Shown here: piece after piece, positions 49,090 through 55,700 of the stretch
Layout: each line of letters begins with the position of its first letter
Position numbering within the stretch: the stretch's first letter is position 1
Assembly: GCA_003650925.1 (NCBI GenBank)
Contig: QMSP01000003.1
Location: 19,446-83,445 of the forward strand
Source of the DNA: Thermoprotei archaeon
GTDB taxonomy: Archaea; Thermoproteota; Thermoprotei; QMSL01
Direction of reading: 5' to 3'
DNA length: 64,000 nucleotides
Notes under the pieces: model-generated
Told to the model about the DNA's origin: nothing
Databases searched by the model: none
The model's input: only the letters and a program-made list of their open reading frames with translations
Position numbers and translations under genes: made by a program

Positions 49090-49467
49090 TCAGCGTGACG
49101 AAGGCCTACCTAGCGTTCGATAGTTCTGAGGAAGTACATAAGGACTCACTATAAGTGGACGAGGCGTATAGAGCATAAGAGCTATTTTCTTCCTAGCACT
49201 ATTAAGACAGCGCCAGAGAGTGCCTCTGCTTATCCCCATCCTTAAGGCTGCTTTATCTTGGGTAAGCCCTTCATGGTACACAAGACGAAAGGCCTCATAT
49301 TCATCCATGTAAAGTATGACAGGCTCTGGATCTCCCATCCTGTTGCCATTAGCATCAAAAGGTATGAACTGGATGAACCTGGGCTCTATGCTTATAAACC
49401 TGGGCTTGGAGGGTCTTCCAACTCTTCCCCAACGATGTCGCCATATCCAGCCATGCACAAGAACCAC
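49090..49467 (-). CDS. DUF134/UPF0251-family predicted DNA-binding protein.
   Basis: N-terminal GRPSKPRFISIEPRFIQFIP and a C-terminal sigma-70-region-4-like HTH (…LTQDKAALRMGISRGTLWRCL…). Confidence 0.55.
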   Translation of the reverse strand: MVLVHGWIWRHRWGRVGRPSKPRFISIEPRFIQFIPFDANGNRMGDPEPVILYMDEYEAFRLVYHEGLTQDKAALRMGISRGTLWRCLNSARKKIALMLYTPRPLIVSPYVLPQNYRTLGRPSSR

Positions 49468-49510
49468 CTCTCTACTATTAATGTCTCAGAGTATTTAAAA
49501 GATGTGGAAT

Positions 49511-49756
49511 TTATTCTCCACTAGACTTCTCAGCCCATGGAGGTCCTCCTCCACCTCTCCCTCTGCCTCTTCCCCAGCCTCTTCTTCCACGCCCCCTATC
49601 CACTCTATGTATCATATGGTGTGGAGCTCCGCATCTAGGACATTGAAGAGGTTTAGGCATGCCATAGGGCACCTCTATGATATTGCCACATGCCATGCAT
49701 TGAAAGCGTTTCATTGGAGGCTTTACCTCACTAGTCATTGAATACCCCCTCCACAA
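49511..49756 (-). CDS. Zinc-ribbon mini-protein with an RGG/RG-rich tail.
   Basis: CMACGN…CPRCG zinc ribbon followed by RGRGRRGWGRGRGRGGGGPPW. The true start is probably the internal Met (MKRFQC) at about 49714. Confidence 0.45.
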   Translation of the reverse strand: MWRGYSMTSEVKPPMKRFQCMACGNIIEVPYGMPKPLQCPRCGAPHHMIHRVDRGRGRRGWGRGRGRGGGGPPWAEKSSGE

Positions 49757-50630
49757 GCCTGGCTAAAGAGTTTATGACTCTATAGAAAGGTCTCTTCTCA
49801 TCCATGAGCTTGTTTAGATCTCCAGAGCTGTAAGCTGTGTGTACCACCTCATCATAGGGAACCATAGTCAAGGTGTACACGAAAGGTAACCCCTTAGCAA
49901 TTTCCCATACCTCCCTTATAAAGCTCTCCCAACCATCAAACTCTCCAACCTTATTGACTACGATAATACATTGCCTCTTAAACCTCTTATTTAGGTCTAG
50001 TACAAGTTTCAGATCATGAATTCCCATGGGAGTAGGCTCGGTGATTACAAGAACTATATTACTGATATTAAGAACCTCCGATATTATAGAACCTGCTCCC
50101 GGAGGACAGTCCACTAGAAGTATTTTGTTCTTGACATTATCTTTAACATAATCTATTAGAAGATGGGCTACTAAAGGACTTCTCTCATCTCCAGGAACTA
50201 TTTCGCCTCCTATAACAACAAGATCCTTAAGCTTGCCCCTCCATATATATCCCATGATTCGGTAGTCCTCCTTAACGGCATCATGGGGGCATACTATTTT
50301 GCATATGGTACATCCATTACATAATTCAGCTATGAGACTAGGCGGTCTTCCTGGAGGGGCTACAAGAGCATTCTCAGGACAATTCCTTACACATATACTG
50401 CATCCAGTACACTTCCTAGTATCTATTGAAGGAATAAAAGCTTTTAACTCCTTGACAATCTCCACTTGCTCCATGAAGACCTTAGACGAAGGATTATCAA
50501 CATCAGCATCGATATACACAACATCATGTTTCATCTTAGCCAAAAGATAGGCTATGCTAAGAGCTATAGTAGTCTTCCCTGTGCCTCCTTTGCCGCCTAG
50601 GACTCCTATAACCTGTACATTAGAGTGCAC
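49731..50630 (-). CDS. MinD/ParA-superfamily P-loop ATPase with an inserted 2x[4Fe-4S] ferredoxin domain (COG1149-like).
   Basis: Deviant Walker A GGKGGTGKTT. Two CxxCxxCxxxCP motifs (CTGCSICVRNCP, CNGCTICKIVCP). Confidence 0.7.
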   Translation of the reverse strand: MHSNVQVIGVLGGKGGTGKTTIALSIAYLLAKMKHDVVYIDADVDNPSSKVFMEQVEIVKELKAFIPSIDTRKCTGCSICVRNCPENALVAPPGRPPSLIAELCNGCTICKIVCPHDAVKEDYRIMGYIWRGKLKDLVVIGGEIVPGDERSPLVAHLLIDYVKDNVKNKILLVDCPPGAGSIISEVLNISNIVLVITEPTPMGIHDLKLVLDLNKRFKRQCIIVVNKVGEFDGWESFIREVWEIAKGLPFVYTLTMVPYDEVVHTAYSSGDLNKLMDEKRPFYRVINSLARLVEGVFND

Positions 50631-51495
50631 TTTCGATCACCTCCCTGAAGAGCTTGACTAGGGCTCTTGAAGCAGGACTCTCAGGGTATTTGACTATGAC
50701 TGGCTTGCCCATGACATAGGCTCTATAAACATGTTCATCATATGGTATCATGCCCTCCACTTTAATACCTCTCCTATGAAGTAGGTCAAGAATTCTCTTC
50801 ATGATTTCCTCCTTGTACTTATTCAAGATGACCAAATAGGGCACCTTGAAGTGTTCCAAGACCTTAATTACTCTTTCGCATCCCTGAAGTGATGCAAGAG
50901 AAGGCTCTAGCACTACTATGCCTAGGTCGGCTCCGGATATGGCAGCTATAGTAGGGCAGCCTATGCCAGGGGCTGAATCTATCACTATAACACCATCCTT
51001 CTTCGCAAGACCCTCAGCCATTTCCTTAGCCCTATAGACAAGCTTACCAGTATGCCTCATGCCAAGGGCTAAGTTTCCACTTATTAGAGGAAAACCATAA
51101 TCAGTCTCCATTATCCTAAGCTTACCTGGCTCTACATCCTTTAGGACTATAGCCTCTCTAGGACATACAAGACTACAAGCACCGCATCCTTCACATAGAT
51201 AATCTATAACCATGGGTTTACCTTCTATGAGCTCAATAGCTTTAAATTGACATGTAGCAATACACGCTAGGCAATCTATACACTTATCCCTATCTATGAA
51301 GGCTCTTTTAGCCCCCCTTTCAACATATTCCCTAACAACCCTCCCTCCTAAGACAAGATGAAGATTAGGAGCCTCAAGATCAGCATCAAGAGCTATAACA
51401 TTAAAACCATTCTCATGTAAATAAATAGAAAAATTTGAAGATATTAGAGTCTTTCCAACCCCTCCTTTGCCGCTTACCACCACTATTTGCTTCAA
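50620..51495 (-). CDS. MinD/ParA-superfamily P-loop ATPase with an inserted ferredoxin domain (paralog of the downstream gene).
   Basis: GKGGVGKT Walker A. Ferredoxin motifs CIDCLACIATCQ and CEGCGACSLVCP. An 11-bp overlap with the paralog. Confidence 0.7.
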   Translation of the reverse strand: MKQIVVVSGKGGVGKTLISSNFSIYLHENGFNVIALDADLEAPNLHLVLGGRVVREYVERGAKRAFIDRDKCIDCLACIATCQFKAIELIEGKPMVIDYLCEGCGACSLVCPREAIVLKDVEPGKLRIMETDYGFPLISGNLALGMRHTGKLVYRAKEMAEGLAKKDGVIVIDSAPGIGCPTIAAISGADLGIVVLEPSLASLQGCERVIKVLEHFKVPYLVILNKYKEEIMKRILDLLHRRGIKVEGMIPYDEHVYRAYVMGKPVIVKYPESPASRALVKLFREVIESAL

Positions 51496-51496
51496 G

Positions 51497-51844
51497 CTAT
51501 GCCTTCACCCCTAGCTTTCTCAAAGCCTCCCTAACCGTAATCTCTGGCTCTACATAGACTACTTCAATGCCTAGGCTTCTAAGAGCTGCTTCAGCTCTAG
51601 GTCCTAGTCTTGTTACCACGACCTTGCTAACTCCTTTATTAGCCAAGGTCTGTGCTGCAAGAGGGCCTGCACCATGTCCTACGCTAACGGCTGGATTCTC
51701 TATGGCCTCAACTTTAACTATTCTTGAACCTTCTAACTCCACTATGGTGAATGTCTTACATCTTCCAAAGCTTTGTGCTACGAGGTCATCAAGTCCTCCT
51801 TGACTAGCAGATGTTATAGCTATCTTCTCTCTTCCCATGGTCAT
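51497..51844 (-). CDS. NifX/NifB-C-terminal-like (dinitrogenase FeMo-cofactor biosynthesis) domain protein.
   Basis: About 115 aa with …KIAITSASQGGLDDLVAQSFGRCKTFTIVE…GHGAGPLAAQTL… typical of the COG1433 fold. Confidence 0.6.
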   Translation of the reverse strand: MTMGREKIAITSASQGGLDDLVAQSFGRCKTFTIVELEGSRIVKVEAIENPAVSVGHGAGPLAAQTLANKGVSKVVVTRLGPRAEAALRSLGIEVVYVEPEITVREALRKLGVKA

Positions 51845-51865
51845 TCCTCTTGCTGTAGTTATTAG

Positions 51866-52192
51866 TTAAGGTGGCGCCCTACTTTTCCTCCTTTCCTCAA
51901 TAATGCGCCTCAGCTCCTTTATTGCCTCTTCAACACTTCTAAGCTCCTCTTCTAGCTCTCTCTTATACTGCTCAAGCATGGAAAGTTCTTCCTCAGGGCT
52001 TGGTGGTGGAGGTGGTGGCATGTAGTACATTGGTGGTGGATAGTAAGCCGCATAGGCAGGATATGCTTGTTGAGATGGTTGTTGAGTCTGCTGGGCTTGT
52101 GGAGCACTTGAGGGAGCCGATACTGGAGGTGGCGGAGGAGGAGGCATGTAGTACATTAGTCTTCTCCACCACCAGTACCACATACTTTTCAC
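51866..52192 (-). CDS. Pro/Tyr/Trp-rich low-complexity protein with a C-terminal coiled coil.
   Basis: MKSMWYWWWRRLMYYMPPPPPPP…MYYMPPPPPPSPEEELSMLEQYKRELEEELRSVEEAIKELRRIIEERRK. The 12-nt direct repeat CATGTAGTACAT (52019-52030 and 52145-52156) encodes the repeated MYYM. Confidence 0.4.
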   Translation of the reverse strand: MKSMWYWWWRRLMYYMPPPPPPPVSAPSSAPQAQQTQQPSQQAYPAYAAYYPPPMYYMPPPPPPSPEEELSMLEQYKRELEEELRSVEEAIKELRRIIEERRKSRAPP

Positions 52193-52200
52193 CTTTTCAC

Positions 52201-52398
52201 CTAGGCTGGTGGCTTGAAAGCAGTTTCAAAAGCCTTTCTCCAAGCCTCTATAGCTGTTCTGAAGACATCAATGAAGAGCCACCAGTAGTACGTTGCCATG
52301 AGCAGACTGAATAGGTCATACATTAGTGGATATGGCATCAGGTACCAGTATGGTGAATATGGCAGAGGAGGAACATAATAATAGATGTATGGATTCAT
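52201..52398 (-). CDS. Tyr/Pro-rich mini-protein with a hydrophobic C-terminal half.
   Basis: MNPYIYYYVPPLPYSPYWYLMPYPLMYDLFSLLMATYYWWLFIDVF…. It is in the same frame as the upstream Trp-rich ORF, separated only by TGA plus 3 codons. Confidence 0.3.
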   Translation of the reverse strand: MNPYIYYYVPPLPYSPYWYLMPYPLMYDLFSLLMATYYWWLFIDVFRTAIEAWRKAFETAFKPPA

Positions 52399-52407
52399 GT
52401 TATCACC

Positions 52408-52677
52408 TCACCATGGCCTTATTGGGTACCATGGCATTATGTACCATGGATATGACCATGTTCCCCATGGCCACCAGTAGTACATTGGGTAGTATCCATA
52501 GTAGCCTAGCCATGGATACATCCATGGACCAAAGAGCCACCAGCAAGCTCCTCTTCCGAACAACCACCCTGGTCTAAGCCATGGTGGAAGCCAGCTAAAT
52601 GGTCCTCTTCCTGGCCATGGGCTGATCCATCCCCATCCTCTCCCGCCTCTCCATCCCCATCCCATTCCGATCACCAC
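52408..52677 (-). CDS. Extremely Trp/Gly/Pro-rich mini-protein.
   Basis: …GWGWRGGRGWGWISPWPGRGPFSWLPPWLRPGW…PWMYPWLGYYGYYPMYYWWPWGTWSYPWYIMPWYPIRPW. The coding DNA is a CCATGG cluster, so either strand could in principle be the real one. The minus strand is chosen for operon context. Confidence 0.3.
   Translation of the reverse strand: MVIGMGWGWRGGRGWGWISPWPGRGPFSWLPPWLRPGWLFGRGACWWLFGPWMYPWLGYYGYYPMYYWWPWGTWSYPWYIMPWYPIRPW
52411..52620. repeat. Cluster of eight CCATGG hexamers in 210 bp.
   Basis: CCATGG counted at 52411, 52429, 52444, 52465, 52510, 52522, 52579 and 52615, often as TACCATGG or GCCATGG. This is far above random expectation for a 6-mer. Confidence 0.5.
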
Positions 52678-52772
52678 TTATGTGCTATAGCACATAAGTC
52701 TTAAATCTACCTATATATAAATTTATCTCATATCAAAAAGGACGAGTAAAATAAGAGTTGTTTGCAGGAGGG

Positions 52773-55700
52773 CTAGGAGTGCAGTGCTTTCTCCGCTCTT
52801 TCTATGTACTTAGCCTGCTCTTTTGATGGGAGAGATCTCCACAGTAATAGCTGCTTCCTTATGCTATCGATGAAGTAGTAGTTTGATGAAACCCATATTG
52901 ACCTAGCGCCAGAGATCCTCCTTAGGTGTAGACTGAAGGCGTAGCGCTTCTCTTCGGGCAGTAGGCTTGCTGAGATCGCCACCTCCTGATTCACCTGCAT
53001 CTCATAGGGAGCCAAGCCTACTATTAGCAGTAGAGCATTCTTATCATACTGTATGCCCTTCAGCTCCCTGACCATGAAGGTCCTGGTCTCTCTGCCCTCT
53101 CCCTCAAAGTACTCCCTTAGGTATTCAATTACTCCTAGGGCCTCTTTTCTCGAGGGAACTCTTAGTGGTAGAGGTATGTCCCACTCATCCCCTCTTGGCT
53201 TAGTTGGTGGCTTCCATCTTCTCTCAAGTGAGGGAGTGACCATCTTAGCGGCTATTGAAGCTGGATAGGCTGCTGAGGTTAAGGTTGCAAGTATGATACA
53301 GGCTATGGCTACTAGTACGAAGAGGGAGGAGTAGTTGAGGACGAAGTATCCAGGAAGTAGGCCTGTGCTTATGAAGACTAGGTTTGTATAGAAGCCTATG
53401 ATGTAGCCGACGAGTGCTCCTAGGATAGCGTAGACCAGGGTTTCTGATACGAACATCGAGGCCACTCCTATGGGCGAAAGCCCTAGGCTGCTATAGGTGA
53501 AGATCTCCCTAACCCTTTCTTTGACTGCACCAAGCATGGTTACAACTATGTTAGCAATGCCTATAGCTAGGATTACGCTCACTAGGTTCCAGCCTAGGAG
53601 AAGGAATACGGTGATCCTGGACAGCTTATGAACAACCCCTTCCCATCCCATGAACACCTCAACGTCGAGGCACATGGCAGCATCCCATGCCATTTTATGA
53701 AGAACCTCCTTTGCAAGGTCTCTGTTGGCCTCTATGACTTCAGGCTTTAGTCTTATGGCTACATTAGCTACATATCCTCCCAGGTCCAGCGCTAATCTCC
53801 ATGGTACTATAAGGACTGAGCTCCAAGAGAGCGTCGTAGGTGCAGGGACCTGTGGGGGAGCGACAAACCTACATAGAGGCTGTACAGTTATGGGATCAAC
53901 AGGTGTTATGGCTCTATTGTCAAGGTCAACTACACTGCCAAGTATAGAGCCATCAAAGATACCCATGACCTTGAGCTTTATACCTGCCCACTCTATGACA
54001 TCTCCTATGGTTACATTTAGCTTCTCAGCTACATATTTCTCGAGTATGCATGCATAGTAGTCATCCTCTCTGAATCCCTCACCTATTAGCACGTCCTTGA
54101 ATATTATCTTGACCTCCTCCGCACGCATTCCAAGAAGAGCTCTTACAGCATAGATATTCTCACCATGTCTAAGTATGGCCTTAGGGCCTTCTGATGGCAG
54201 CTCAGTCTCTGGATAGTACCAAACTCTTGGGCATACTATAGCGTAGTCTCCAGCTAAACCTTCAGCGTACTCTATCAAGTGATGGTCAAATATATCATAG
54301 GGCACACAGTATTGCCTCTTCAAGAAGACTCCTGCGTATACAGCCTCCTCGGGAGGAGCTGCAGCCTTGGGAACAGCAACTCTCTTGACCGTAGTGTAGT
54401 AGGAGGCTGATGTTATCGAAGTGAGGCCTATAGCTATGGCTATGATAGTAGCTAATACAAGGGTTGTTCTAAGCTTCCTCTTCCTCATGTTCTCAACTGC
54501 TACCGAGAAGGCTAACATCATTATGCCTACAGTGCCTGTCTCAGGCTTGTGCAGGCCCTTGAGCTTTAGAGCTACCTCCTTCATTATCCTATTGACCTCA
54601 TCGAACAGTATGGCCAGTGTTATTATGAAGAAGACCTCTAGTAGGATACCCATGAAGCCCATGAAAGCATTGCTTATGATGCTTAGCCCTGGGTGCATGT
54701 TGTAGAATATGAATACAAGCACTATGGAGAGTGCTATGGTGACAAGCAGTCTTCTACGTCCTTCACTATGGAACAATAGACGCTCGAAGAAGAAGACAAA
54801 GGGTATCATGAGAGCGAAGAATGCTATTGTGGTGTTGGCTGTATCATTGATCAGGCTCATGACTTCCTCATAAGCTCTCACTGACCATGTCCATGCTAGA
54901 TAGGCCTCTCTATAGGCCTTGTCATATTCCATATTTCTATAGTATTCCTCAGCTAGTTCAAGGTGCCTCTTGGCCTCCTTGAGCACTTCCTCAGCGCTAA
55001 GGCTTCTGACAAGCTTTGAAGCTAGTGTATTATACCTATGTCTTGCTACGGTATACATGTCGTACGCATATCGATAGGCAGTGAAGGGTATGCTATAGGA
55101 CCTTATCTTATAGCCCAGCTCTATTCCACTTCCCTCGGGATATTCATCACTAGCGTTTACTACGAAGGCCACAGTTCTAGGCAGGCCAGGGCCTGCACTC
55201 ATAACAACGAAGGACCTAGTTCTTGGAAGGAGGAACACCATAGCTACTTCTTCATTTTGACTATACATGGTTCCATACCATATGTATATGCTTCGACTCT
55301 CGAAGTCATATGGAGTTATGATGAAGGACTCCAGTAGGAACTCCTCAGCATTCAGTCTAGGGTCTGGGATGTATATTCGTCTCATCAGCTTAGGGTCTAT
55401 GACGTCGTAGAGCGTTATGGTACATGCAGGCATTACTACAGTAGCAGCTTCAGCTGTCCCTCCTAGAAGCCATAGCTTGAAGTTCACAAACTTTATACCA
55501 TACTGACCATAGTCAGGAGCGTATATTATCTCTCCTGTATTCTCATCAACAACCCATGCATCTACATACCAGCCAATTCCTCTAGGAACTTCGGCAGGCA
55601 GGACAGGTGCCCAACCAGCATCTATGGAAGGTGTTGGACATAGGCCATGCACTATGAAGTCTCCATTCTCATCAGCATAGACGATGATCTGAGAGAATGG

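Noticed and set aside
52000-52577. Plus-strand ORFs 52000..52314 and 52326..52577 lie opposite the aromatic-rich minus-strand ORFs.
   Set aside because: They are Met/Thr/Ser-rich with no protein-like features. They are shadow frames of the CCATGG/CCA-rich sequence. The minus-strand frames are preferred because of their operon orientation and shared compositional theme, although the strand is not proven.
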